DNA of 64,000 nucleotides from positions 21,758 to 85,757 of the forward strand of contig JAVKGA010000004.1 in NCBI GenBank assembly GCA_040223555.1, written 5' to 3'. Position numbers and translations under genes: made by a program. The stretch's first letter is position 1, and each line of letters opens with the position of its first letter. Source of the DNA: Hyphomonas sp. GTDB lineage: Bacteria > Pseudomonadota > Alphaproteobacteria > Caulobacterales > Hyphomonadaceae. Shown here in pieces: positions 40,256 to 49,090 of the stretch. The notes under the pieces are model-generated. The model searched no databases. It was not told the DNA's origin and worked only from the letters and a program-made list of their open reading frames with translations.

Positions 40256-40762
40256 TCAGTCCTCGAACCATTTGCGCATGCCGAAGGGCGGCGGCGAGAG
40301 CGGATTGACGGTCGTCAGTTCCACATCGTCTGCCGGGACATAGCCGAGACCGGCATAGAAATCGACGAGGCGCAGCTGGTCGGCGCGAATGGCGAGCTGC
40401 GCGCCTTCGGCGCCGGTCTCGCGGCCTGCGGCTTCGAGCGCACCCAGAATGACCGCGCCAAGGCCCAGCTTGCAATGGTCCGGCAGGACGCCGATCCGCT
40501 TTACCTCCATCCAGCGCCCCGCCTCTCCGGGGCCCGGAACCGGCACCCAACGGCCGGAGCCGATCAGCGTCTCGCCGTGCATCAGCAGCGCGCCGCCGCC
40601 TTTGGCGATCTGCGCCGCAACGGTTTCCGGCGTTTCGCAAAAGACGGTGGATTCCAGAGAAACCCGCCCTGTCCAGATACGCCGCGTCAGGGCCTCAACG
40701 AGAAAGCCATCCGCCGGGCTTGCCCTGCGGATGGCTGTTTCAGTCTTCGGGCCGGAAGGCAG
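40256..40762 (-). CDS. GNAT N-acetyltransferase (probable CTG start)
   Basis: Frame is open back to the petC stop and reads IRRASPADGFLVEAL ... EVKRIGVLPDHCKLGLG ... LVDFYAGLGY. Confidence 0.75.
   Translation of the reverse strand: MPSGPKTETAIRRASPADGFLVEALTRRIWTGRVSLESTVFCETPETVAAQIAKGGGALLMHGETLIGSGRWVPVPGPGEAGRWMEVKRIGVLPDHCKLGLGAVILGALEAAGRETGAEGAQLAIRADQLRLVDFYAGLGYVPADDVELTTVNPLSPPPFGMRKWFED
40701..40736 (-). terminator. petABC terminator-like hairpin (inside the GNAT coding region)
   Basis: AGCCATCCGC-AGGGCAAGCCCG-GCGGATGGCT followed by TTCT. Confidence 0.65.
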
Positions 40763-40765
40763 AGC

Positions 40766-41728
40766 CTAGTGCTCCACTTTCCGCCAGATGCGCTTGTAGG
40801 AGAACCAGAGCAGGATCGCGAGGATGAACAGGTAGACCATCGTGGCGAGGCCGACTTCCTTGCGGACTTCCATCTTCGGATCACCGGCCCAGGTCAGGAA
40901 CTGGGCAACATCGTGCGCCATCTGATCAACCGTCGCTTCGGTGCCGTCGGTATATTCGACGCGGCCATCCGTCAGCTGCGGCCCCATCGCGAGGAAGCCG
41001 CCCGGAGGCGCATGACGCGGATCGCCCTGATAGTTCGGCTTGGTGTCGCCGGCCATGTAGGGGTTGTAATACTGGCCCGTCGGCTGGACCAGGTAAGCGG
41101 GCCCGTGCTCCGGCATGTACTCGCCGAGCTTCTCGAACTTCGCCATGTCGATGACGGTCGTGTAGACTGTCTCGCCATTCTCTTCGGTGATCTGGTCCTC
41201 ATACATCGAGAAGTCAGGATAGCCGGTGAGCAGGCTGTAGACATAGGAGCCGCCGCCATGGCGGGCCTTGGTGATGACCGAGAGGTCAGGCGGCAGAGCG
41301 CCGCCATTGGCCGCGCGGGCCGCCGCATCGTTCGGGAACGGCGAGCGGAAACGGTCTGCCGGTGTGGCCGGGCGCAGGTCATACTCGCCGGCATCGTTCG
41401 GCGTCGGGCTGACGATTTCGTTCTCGGCGGCGAGCGCTTTGACGAACGGGTTGTCGTTCGGATTCGGGTATTCCGGATCGTAGAACGGGCCGCCCGGTTC
41501 ACCGAGGTTGCGGTAGCTGAGCAGCTTCATGCCGTGACAGCTGGAGCAGACTTCCTTGTAGACTTGGTAGCCGCGCTGGAGCGAGGCCTTGTCATAGGTG
41601 CCGGTGGCGCCGTCGAACGGCCAGCCGCCTTCAGGCGCGTGCGGATGCTTGGCGCCGCCGGCCGCGTGGGCAAGCCCGGCCAGCGCGAGGCCGGCGAAGC
41701 TGATGGCGAGGATGCGGAAGGTTTTCAT
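40766..41728 (-). CDS. petC: Cytochrome c1
   Basis: Signal peptide, RGYQVYKEVCSSCH, PPDLS, C-terminal TM followed by KRIW. Confidence 0.96.
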   Translation of the reverse strand: MKTFRILAISFAGLALAGLAHAAGGAKHPHAPEGGWPFDGATGTYDKASLQRGYQVYKEVCSSCHGMKLLSYRNLGEPGGPFYDPEYPNPNDNPFVKALAAENEIVSPTPNDAGEYDLRPATPADRFRSPFPNDAAARAANGGALPPDLSVITKARHGGGSYVYSLLTGYPDFSMYEDQITEENGETVYTTVIDMAKFEKLGEYMPEHGPAYLVQPTGQYYNPYMAGDTKPNYQGDPRHAPPGGFLAMGPQLTDGRVEYTDGTEATVDQMAHDVAQFLTWAGDPKMEVRKEVGLATMVYLFILAILLWFSYKRIWRKVEH

Positions 41729-41748
41729 CTTGTCTGTCCTCTCCAGTC

Positions 41749-43209
41749 TCATTCGGCCGGAACGGCGGCGGCGGACGTCGGCTTGTGGGCCTTCAGCACG
41801 GATTTGTGGATCGATTCCGGCAGCGGTTTGGTCTTCTCGCCGAGGCCGAGGAAGAACAGCATGATGAAGTAGCCGAAATACATGAAGGTCAGGATCAGCG
41901 ACAGGTGCCGGAACTGGAAGGTCGGGGCAGGCACCGCATCCAGGCTGGGCGAAGCCGTGGCCGGAAGGGTGGCCATGAAGGCTTCCGCCGCTTCGAGCGC
42001 TTCGCCGCCGCCCTCATAGGTGCTGGTCGCCAGCGTGCCGTCCGCCGTGTAGCTGACAACCAGGCTTGGCTCGCCCTGCAGAGCCTTGATCACCGGGTCG
42101 TCCGGATTGGCCGCGCCGCACCAGCCGAGCAGGAGGCAGACCGCGACAAAGCCGAGGAAGAACTGACGGGCCACCGGGCGGTAGCGCATCGATTTGACCT
42201 TCGACGTGTCGAGCCAGGGCAGCACGAACAGGATGGCAATGGCCGCGAACATGAAGATCACGCCGAGCAGCTTCGCATCGATCGGGCCGATATCGAACGT
42301 GATGGCGCGCAGGATGGCGTAGAAAGGCAGCATGTACCACTCGGGCACGATGTGCGACGGCGTCACGAGCGGGTTAGCCTCGATCGACTGGTCTGCGTGG
42401 CCGAGCGCGTTGGGCGCATAGAACACGAAGAAGGCGAACATGATCAGGAAGACGACAATCGCGAAGGCGTCCTTGACCGTGTAGTACGGGTGGAACGGCA
42501 CGGTGTCCTTTTCCACGTCCTGCACTTCAACGCCGGTCGGGTTGTTGTTGCCCGGCACGTGCAGCGCCCAGATGTGGAGGATGACCACACCGGCAATCAT
42601 GAAGGGCAGGAGGTAGTGCAGCGAGAAGAAGCGCTGGAGCGTTTGGTTGCCGATGGAAGGCCCGCCGAGGATCCAGGTCTGCAGGCTTTCGCCGACCAGC
42701 GGGATGGCACCGAACAGGCCGGTGATCACGTTGGCGCCGTGATAGGACATCTGGCCCCAGGGCAGCATGTAGCCGAGGAAGGCGGTGGCGATCATCAGCA
42801 GGAAGATCACGCAGCCGAGAATCCAGAGCACTTCGCGCGGGGCCTTGTACGAGCCGTAATAGAGGCCGCGGAACATGTGGATATAGACAGCGAAGAAGAA
42901 CATCGAGGCGCCGTTGGCGTGGATGTTACGCAGCAGCCAGCCGAACGAGACGTCGCGCATGATGCGCTCGACCGACGCGAAGGCGCCGTCGACGCTGGCT
43001 TCATAGTGCATCGCCAGGATGACGCCGGTGATGATCTGGATGACGAGGCAGACGGCCAGGATGCCGCCGAAGACATACCAGTAGTTCAGGTTCTTCGGCG
43101 TCGGGAAGGTGATGGCCGTGTCATTGGCGAACCGGATGATCGGCAGGCGCTTGTCGAGCCAGCGCTCGAAGGCCGAGTTCGGTGTGTAGGAGGATTCATG
43201 TCCGCTCAT
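41749..43209 (-). CDS. petB: Cytochrome b
   Basis: Four His haem ligands, [15 protein letters not shown]. Confidence 0.98.
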   Translation of the reverse strand: MSGHESSYTPNSAFERWLDKRLPIIRFANDTAITFPTPKNLNYWYVFGGILAVCLVIQIITGVILAMHYEASVDGAFASVERIMRDVSFGWLLRNIHANGASMFFFAVYIHMFRGLYYGSYKAPREVLWILGCVIFLLMIATAFLGYMLPWGQMSYHGANVITGLFGAIPLVGESLQTWILGGPSIGNQTLQRFFSLHYLLPFMIAGVVILHIWALHVPGNNNPTGVEVQDVEKDTVPFHPYYTVKDAFAIVVFLIMFAFFVFYAPNALGHADQSIEANPLVTPSHIVPEWYMLPFYAILRAITFDIGPIDAKLLGVIFMFAAIAILFVLPWLDTSKVKSMRYRPVARQFFLGFVAVCLLLGWCGAANPDDPVIKALQGEPSLVVSYTADGTLATSTYEGGGEALEAAEAFMATLPATASPSLDAVPAPTFQFRHLSLILTFMYFGYFIMLFFLGLGEKTKPLPESIHKSVLKAHKPTSAAAVPAE

Positions 43210-43224
43210 TTAAAGGTATCCTTC

Positions 43225-43791
43225 TCAGAGGGAGATGTTGACGACCGAGTCTGAGACCCAGTTGTAATTCGGGACGGGAAGGTTCTTTGGCGCAGGCCCC
43301 TTCCGGATGCGGCCGGACGTGTCGTAGTGCGACCCGTGGCAAGGGCAGTACCAGCCGCCATAATCACCTGTGTTGCCCTGTGCCGGGCCGACCGGCACAC
43401 AGCCAAGGTGGGTGCACGAACCGGACGTGATGAGGATCGCCCGGTTCAGCGTGCCATCAGGCTTCGCATGCAGGCGGGCATCGTCCGTTTCAGGGTCCGG
43501 CAGGGTCGCGAGGTTGACCGATTCGGCCGCCGCAATCTCGCCGTCCGTACGGTGGCGGATGAAGAAGGGCTTGCCGCCGATCAGGACGCGAATCTCTCCG
43601 CCCAGCGGAACCTTGGAAACATCAACGTCCAGCGCGGAAGCGGCCTTGGTATCGGCAGCCGGGTTCCACTGGTCGATGGCCGCCCAGGCAAACATGCCTG
43701 CGCCGCCCAGCGCGACAGCGCCGGTTGCGATGTGGATGAAGTTACGGCGGTCGTCATCGACCGTTTCTGTATGAGTGGTCTCAGCGGTCAC
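43225..43791 (-). CDS. petA: Rieske Fe-S protein
   Basis: Tat motif DRRNFI, CTHLGCVP, CPCHGSHY; GTG start. Confidence 0.97.
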   Translation of the reverse strand: MTAETTHTETVDDDRRNFIHIATGAVALGGAGMFAWAAIDQWNPAADTKAASALDVDVSKVPLGGEIRVLIGGKPFFIRHRTDGEIAAAESVNLATLPDPETDDARLHAKPDGTLNRAILITSGSCTHLGCVPVGPAQGNTGDYGGWYCPCHGSHYDTSGRIRKGPAPKNLPVPNYNWVSDSVVNISL

Positions 43792-43860
43792 GCGTGACTC
43801 CGTTCCCTGATATCGAGGCGATTTAGCGCCTGTCTTTACTAGAGCTGTCTCGCCCGCACA

Positions 43861-43890
43861 TTGCGGCAAGTAGGCGCGGGCGCCGCAATT
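43861..43890. promoter_or_regulatory. Possible RegA/PrrA-type box between petA and hemF
   Basis: TGCGGCAAGTAGGCGC resembles GCGGC-N5-GNCGC; weak evidence in GC-rich DNA. Confidence 0.3.
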
Positions 43891-43994
43891 CTGCATGCGC
43901 GGCCTGCCCCTTGCGCCCTGCGCGTTAGCGCGCCCTGACGACTGTGACAACAGGCCACTTGCGAGACCCGCAAAGCCGGGTCCAGTGTCTGGCG

Positions 43995-44891
43995 ATGACA
44001 AATACCCTCAAAAGTGCCGAACTGACGGGCTGGCAAGCCCGCGCGAGCTCCTGGTTCCAGGCCTTGCAGCTGGACATCTGCGCCCGCTTCGAAGCGCTCG
44101 AAGATGCCGCCAACCCGCCCGTGTACAAGGGTGCGGCGGGGCGATTCGAATTGACCGACTGGTCGCGCGGAGACGGAAGCGAAGACCTCGGCGGCGGACG
44201 GATGGGCCTGATGCGCGGCAAGGTGTTCGAAAAGGTCGGTGTGCACTTCTCGCAGGTCCACGGCACATTCTCCGAAGCCTTTGCGGCGCAGATCCCCGGG
44301 GCCGACAAGTCGGACGGCAAGTTCTGGGCAAGCGGCGTGTCGCTGATTGCCCACCCGCGCAATCCGCGCGTGCCGGCGGCGCACATGAACACCCGGATGC
44401 TGGTGACGAGCGAGACCTGGTTCGGCGGTGGCGGCGACCTCAATCCCCTGCTGGGCTACCAGCGCAACCAGGACTACCCGGACACGATCGACTTCCACGC
44501 CGCCATGAAGGCCGCCTGTGACACGCATCCTTCGGTCGATTACCAGCACCTCAAGGATTATTGCGAGACCTACTTCCACCTGCCGCACCGCAATGAGCCG
44601 CGCGGGACCGGCGGGATTTTCTATGACCGTTACAATTCCGGGGACTGGGAGCAGGACTTTGCCTTCACGCAGGAAGTCGGCCGGCAGTTTGCGGGGATCT
44701 ATCCGGCGCTGGTGGCGCGCCGGATGAACGAGCCCTGGAGCGAGGCCGAGCGCGAAGAGCAGCTGGTGCAGCGCGGCCGTTATGTTGAATACAACCTGCT
44801 CTACGACCGGGGCACGACCTTCGGCCTGAAGACCGGCGGCAACGTGACGAGCATTCTGTCAAGCATGCCGCCCGTGGTGAAATGGCCCTGA
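43995..44891 (+). CDS. hemF: Oxygen-dependent coproporphyrinogen III oxidase
   Basis: VFEKVGV, HMNTR, WFGGGGDL, RGRYVEYNLLYDRGTTFGL, SILSSMPP. Confidence 0.97.
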   Translation: MTNTLKSAELTGWQARASSWFQALQLDICARFEALEDAANPPVYKGAAGRFELTDWSRGDGSEDLGGGRMGLMRGKVFEKVGVHFSQVHGTFSEAFAAQIPGADKSDGKFWASGVSLIAHPRNPRVPAAHMNTRMLVTSETWFGGGGDLNPLLGYQRNQDYPDTIDFHAAMKAACDTHPSVDYQHLKDYCETYFHLPHRNEPRGTGGIFYDRYNSGDWEQDFAFTQEVGRQFAGIYPALVARRMNEPWSEAEREEQLVQRGRYVEYNLLYDRGTTFGLKTGGNVTSILSSMPPVVKWP

Positions 44892-44939
44892 AGCCAGTCC
44901 AGAAACCGTCTACATCGGCGTGTGGAGAGTCCAGAGGCT

Positions 44940-45326
44940 TCAGGCGGGGATACAGGTGCGCCTGAGCCAGTCTGCGTAGACTTTTTCATCGATCTCGCTG
45001 GCAGCAAGCTGAAGTGTGAACGCGAGACGTTCAGCCATGGGGGCGGCCAGTTTCCAGCCGTTGGCTTCGAGGAAAAGCAGCGCCGAGAGGAATCCGATCC
45101 GCTTGTTGCGATCCAGGATCGGATGATTGCGGATCAACCCCGCCGCATAAAGTGAGGCGAGCGAGAAGAGATCGGTCTCGCCATATGACCACGCGTTCAA
45201 CGGCCGGGCGATTGCGCTTTCAAGAAGGCCGGGGTCGCGGGTTCCGGGCAGGCCTCCATGCAGTTCGATCTGGCGGTCGTGAAGCCGGATGATCAGGTCG
45301 AGCGGCAACCATGTCGGTTCGCTCAT
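44940..45326 (-). CDS. Doc/Fic-family type II toxin with degenerate motif
   Basis: HGGLPGTRDPGLLESAIARP, NHPILDRNKR. Confidence 0.88.
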   Translation of the reverse strand: MSEPTWLPLDLIIRLHDRQIELHGGLPGTRDPGLLESAIARPLNAWSYGETDLFSLASLYAAGLIRNHPILDRNKRIGFLSALLFLEANGWKLAAPMAERLAFTLQLAASEIDEKVYADWLRRTCIPA

Positions 45327-45547
45327 TTCGCCAACGCCCGAAGGACCTCGCGATTCTCATCCATGATCCGCTCCGCCATTTGCATAAGGCGGTCGACCTC
45401 TTCGTCGGAGACAGAAAGGGTCACGCCCGCAGGTGTCGGCACCACATCCAGCGTGTCGCCTTCCTTGACTTTCAATTGTTCCAGCACGTCCTTCGGCAGC
45501 ACCACGCCGAGCGAGTTGCCGATCTTGCGGATTTTGAGACGGGTCAT
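45323..45547 (-). CDS. AbrB/MazE-family antitoxin
   Basis: IRKIGNSLGVVLPKDVL, VKEGDTL; ATGA overlap with the toxin. Confidence 0.9.
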   Translation of the reverse strand: MTRLKIRKIGNSLGVVLPKDVLEQLKVKEGDTLDVVPTPAGVTLSVSDEEVDRLMQMAERIMDENREVLRALAK

Positions 45548-45562
45548 GGCGGGCTCCTGTAG

Positions 45563-45584
45563 CTACACGTGTTATAACATGTAG
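45563..45584. promoter_or_regulatory. Palindromic TA operator
   Basis: CTACA-CG-TGTTATAACA-TGTAG immediately upstream of the antitoxin RBS. Confidence 0.6.
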
Positions 45585-45670
45585 GCGCGCCGGGTGGAAG
45601 ATGCCCGGTCAAATGCTGCCTGATGCCTGTTCACCCTGGCTTTGCCCGGTCAATTTAGGGTCGGCACACC

Positions 45671-45699
45671 TTTGAAACGGTTGCACAAACCGCCTATCT
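45671..45699 (+). promoter_or_regulatory. RpoH (sigma32)-like promoter of the second tspO
   Basis: TTTGAA-N16-CCTATCT, ending 7 nt before the ATG. Confidence 0.55.
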
Positions 45700-45706
45700 T
45701 CAGACA

Positions 45707-46204
45707 ATGGGGACGACATGGCGATCATTTGACTGGCCGGGCGCGGCATTGATTGCGGCTGGCACGATCGGCGCGCTGGGACTGGGTGGGTTATTGAGCC
45801 CCGGCAGCCAGGACGTGTGGTATGCGGACCTGCAAAAGGCGCCGCTGAACCCGCCGGATATCGTCTTTGCCTTCGTCTGGCCGGTTCTGTTTGCGCTGAT
45901 GCTGGCCGGCGCGCTGATGGTGCTGCACGCGGCCGGCAACTTCAAACGCGCCAGCGCGGAGATGGGCCTCTATTTCACCATGCTGGCGGCCAATGTGTGC
46001 TGGAGCCTGTTCTTCTTCGGCTTCCGTGATCCGGCGATTGCGATGGGCGTGCTCGTGGCGCTCTGGCTGCTGATCGCCACGATGATGCTGCGCTTTGCCA
46101 TTCACGCGCCGTATGCCGCCCTGATGCAGGCGCCCTACCTGCTGTGGGTCACCTTCGCAGGCTATCTCAATTTCTATGTCTGGGCCTTCAACCCGGCGCC
46201 TTGA
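45707..46204 (+). CDS. tspO: TspO/MBR family protein (core-genome copy)
   Basis: WYADLQKAPLNPPDIVFAFVWP, NVCWSLFFFG, PYLLWVTFAGYLN. Confidence 0.9.
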   Translation: MGTTWRSFDWPGAALIAAGTIGALGLGGLLSPGSQDVWYADLQKAPLNPPDIVFAFVWPVLFALMLAGALMVLHAAGNFKRASAEMGLYFTMLAANVCWSLFFFGFRDPAIAMGVLVALWLLIATMMLRFAIHAPYAALMQAPYLLWVTFAGYLNFYVWAFNPAP

Positions 46205-47402
46205 GGCGCGCGAGAAGTTCGTTTCGCTTGAGGCTGAAGCCGGACGCGATCCAGTCTTCTTCGAGCGCGGACAAGGCGGCGCCGATGCGCGGGCCTTCGA
46301 GACCCGCCGCGAGCGCGTCATTGCCACCGAGGGGAAATTTGGGGCGAACCCATTTATCCGAGGCGTGGGCGAGGGCGGCAAGGTCGCCGGAAGCACCAGC
46401 GGCCGCTTCCAGCGCTGCACGGTCAAGCACCGCTTCCGGACCATAACGGTAAAAGGCTTCGGCGACGGCCGCATCACCTGCCCCGAGGACGTGCGGCAAG
46501 GCCGGGTCCGCCCATGCGGAAAGACGCGACGCTTCCTCGTTCGAGAAACGCAGGCGTGCGGACACATCGCCGGCATCGCGCAGGCGGCGGGGCAGGAGCG
46601 CCATCAGGCGGCGCATCGCGTCCGGCGCAAGGCCGGCCGCTGCTTCGGCGGCAACGAGGCCCGGCAACAATGAGGCGCCGGCGTCCGGCAGGACAGCTTC
46701 AAGGACGCCCGCCTCCTCCATCGCCAACACGGCAGTAACAGGGTCCGGCGCGGCAAGGGTGCGCTTGAATTCCTTCCAGATGCGTTCGGCGGCGATCTTT
46801 GAGAGGCCTCCGCGCTGGCGGGTGCAGGCGGCCTGCCCTTCAGCGTCGATTTCGGCGCCGTACCAGGCATTGAACCGGTAGAAGCGCAGGATGCGGAGAT
46901 AGTCTTCGATGAGGCGCTGGTCGCCGTCGCCGATGAAGATGACGCGGCCGGCGATAGCATCGTCGACCGAGTCCGGGATCACTTCGAAGAGCGTGCCATC
47001 GGGGCCGGCATAGATCGCATTCATCCGGAAATCCCGCCGGGCGGCATCTTCGGCCCAGTCCTGCGTGAAGGCGACGATGGCGCGACGGCCATCGGTTTCG
47101 ACATCCCGGCGCAGGGTGGTGATCTCGACCGGCACACCGGCATGGACGGCGGTGACGGTGCCATGCTCGACTCCGGTCGGCACCGAGCGCACACCCGCCG
47201 CCTTGAGCGCGGCGATGACTTCATCCGGGGTGAGCTGGGTGGCCACGTCGATATCGTCGGCGGGCAGGCCTCGCAGGGCGTTGCGCACGCTGCCGCCGAC
47301 AAAGCGTGCGCCGCCGGGACGCGCCGCCTCAAGCGCCTGCATCACCGCCTGTGAGGCGGGCGCCATCAGCCAGGCGGCTTTCAGGATTTCAGGTCGGGTC
47401 AT
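46188..47402 (-). CDS. cca: CCA tRNA nucleotidyltransferase / poly(A) polymerase family
   Basis: FVGGSVRNAL, DIDVAT, EITTLRRD, DAARRDFRMNA, EDYLRILRFYRF. Confidence 0.9.
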   Translation of the reverse strand: MTRPEILKAAWLMAPASQAVMQALEAARPGGARFVGGSVRNALRGLPADDIDVATQLTPDEVIAALKAAGVRSVPTGVEHGTVTAVHAGVPVEITTLRRDVETDGRRAIVAFTQDWAEDAARRDFRMNAIYAGPDGTLFEVIPDSVDDAIAGRVIFIGDGDQRLIEDYLRILRFYRFNAWYGAEIDAEGQAACTRQRGGLSKIAAERIWKEFKRTLAAPDPVTAVLAMEEAGVLEAVLPDAGASLLPGLVAAEAAAGLAPDAMRRLMALLPRRLRDAGDVSARLRFSNEEASRLSAWADPALPHVLGAGDAAVAEAFYRYGPEAVLDRAALEAAAGASGDLAALAHASDKWVRPKFPLGGNDALAAGLEGPRIGAALSALEEDWIASGFSLKRNELLARLKAPG

Positions 47403-47721
47403 CGGCGGAGGGTGGTCCCGTGCGGGCGCTTGGAAGACCGACATCTTCCGGGCGGTGCTCGCAAGGATAGGAGCGGGCCGGAACGACAACGCCGTTTTCG
47501 ACGCGCGCCGGTTCGATACACATGCCCCGCTCGCGCGGCTCCAGCGCAATCATGATGAACCAGGCCGCCGTGGCGAGCCCGATACCGATCAGGAACAGCA
47601 TCTGGACCGGCCATTTGCGGCGACCTGCGTCTTCCGCCGACTGGGTGGCCAGAAGGAATGTGCCGAACACCAGAAAGGGCAGCGAGAAGATGAAGAGTTC
47701 GATGAGAAGGCGTCCGGCCAC
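47389..47721 (-). CDS. Small membrane protein (DUF6111-like)
   Basis: Two TM segments plus PARVENGVVVP; typical position between the NUDIX gene and cca. Confidence 0.7.
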   Translation of the reverse strand: MAGRLLIELFIFSLPFLVFGTFLLATQSAEDAGRRKWPVQMLFLIGIGLATAAWFIMIALEPRERGMCIEPARVENGVVVPARSYPCEHRPEDVGLPSARTGPPSADDPT

Positions 47722-47794
47722 GTGGGGCGATTCCTTTGCGAGACATTCCAGTCACTTACATAGGGGAAGCGCCCCCGGTGCGGAACCCTGAAGC

Positions 47795-48418
47795 TCAATC
47801 GCTCTCGTACAGGGTCTGGTAGAGGCGCCGGATGATGCCGGCGGTGACGCCCCAGATCCGGTAGCCGTTATGCGGCATCTCGTAATAGGTGCGGTGCTTG
47901 CCCCTGTAGAAGGCCTCGCCGGTGTGATGGTTCGCCGTGTTCATCAGGAAGTCGAGCGGCGTCTCGAAGACCGCGGCGACTTCACCGGGCTCCGGGATGG
48001 GCCGGAAATCATGGGGCAGGAGGCCGACAACCGGCGTGATCCGGTAGCGCGTGCCCGTGACATAAGCGGCGCCCTTGCCCAGCACGTCTACGTCTTCCGG
48101 CGCAATCCCGACTTCCTCATGCGCCTCGCGCAAGGCGGCGGCGACTTCATCGAGGTCGAGCGGGTCGACCTTGCCGCCCGGAAAGGCGACCTGTCCGGCG
48201 TGATCGGCCATCGTGTCCGGCCGCAGGGTCAGGAGCGCCGTGGCGCCTTCCTTGCGCGGCAGGATGCCGAACAGAACCGCGGCCGGACGAATGATGGCCA
48301 CCTCTTCCGGCGTCAGGAATTCCATGTCGCCATATTCCTGAAGCCGTCCGTCACCGACGGGAGGATCGAGTTTGGCGTGCACGCGCGCGAGGAAATCATC
48401 CAGATTGGTGTAGGACAT
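47795..48418 (-). CDS. NUDIX CoA pyrophosphatase (NudL/PCD1-like)
   Basis: HAGQVAFPGGK, AALREAHEEVG, IWGVTAGI. Confidence 0.9.
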   Translation of the reverse strand: MSYTNLDDFLARVHAKLDPPVGDGRLQEYGDMEFLTPEEVAIIRPAAVLFGILPRKEGATALLTLRPDTMADHAGQVAFPGGKVDPLDLDEVAAALREAHEEVGIAPEDVDVLGKGAAYVTGTRYRITPVVGLLPHDFRPIPEPGEVAAVFETPLDFLMNTANHHTGEAFYRGKHRTYYEMPHNGYRIWGVTAGIIRRLYQTLYESD

Positions 48419-48426
48419 CGCTCGCC

Positions 48427-49035
48427 TCAGGACGCCGGGCCGAGGGGGAAGAATATCCCCTGACTCCAGACGCCGAGACGGTCCGTACCGTCCGTGGCAG
48501 GAACCGCAAGCTCCACGAGGTCATAAAAGGCAGGGCGGGTGAGTTTCGCCTCAAGGCGGCCCCGGACAAGGACGTAAGGCGCGGGCTCGCCGGTGGCCAC
48601 ATCGGTTTCCACGCGGATCGGTGCGTCCGGGCCTGCTGTGGTGGCGTAATCGAGATTTGTGGTGAAGGTCAGCGCCTGATTCGGGCCGGGCTCGCCCGCC
48701 CGGTCCACGCGCACGGCAAGGAACGGCGCGTCTTCGACGTGCACGATCACCTTCTCATACGGGGTGACGAGGTAGGTTAACCCGTCCTCATCCTTGCGCA
48801 GGATGCGCGAGAAGAGGCGCACCATGCGTTCACGAGTGATGCGCGAACCCTCGTGCCACCAGCTGCCATCGGCGCGGATTTCCATGCCGATATCCGTGAC
48901 ATTCTGGGGATTCCATTGGTGAACGGGCGGCAAAGGCCCGCTGAACTTGCCTTCCGGGAGGATGGCTTTAAGCGTGTCTTCCAGAGCAAAAGTGCTGCCG
49001 GGGCTGGATGTCACATCTATCTCCGCCAAAATCAC
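48427..49035 (-). CDS. DUF1285 family protein
   Basis: LPPVHQWNP, IRADGSWWHEG, VEDAPF, PYVLVRGRLEA. Confidence 0.85.
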   Translation of the reverse strand: MILAEIDVTSSPGSTFALEDTLKAILPEGKFSGPLPPVHQWNPQNVTDIGMEIRADGSWWHEGSRITRERMVRLFSRILRKDEDGLTYLVTPYEKVIVHVEDAPFLAVRVDRAGEPGPNQALTFTTNLDYATTAGPDAPIRVETDVATGEPAPYVLVRGRLEAKLTRPAFYDLVELAVPATDGTDRLGVWSQGIFFPLGPAS

Positions 49036-49090
49036 GCCTTACAAATAGGCTTGTAACTCACTCAGGTGAAGCCGGAGAGGCAAGGCGAAT

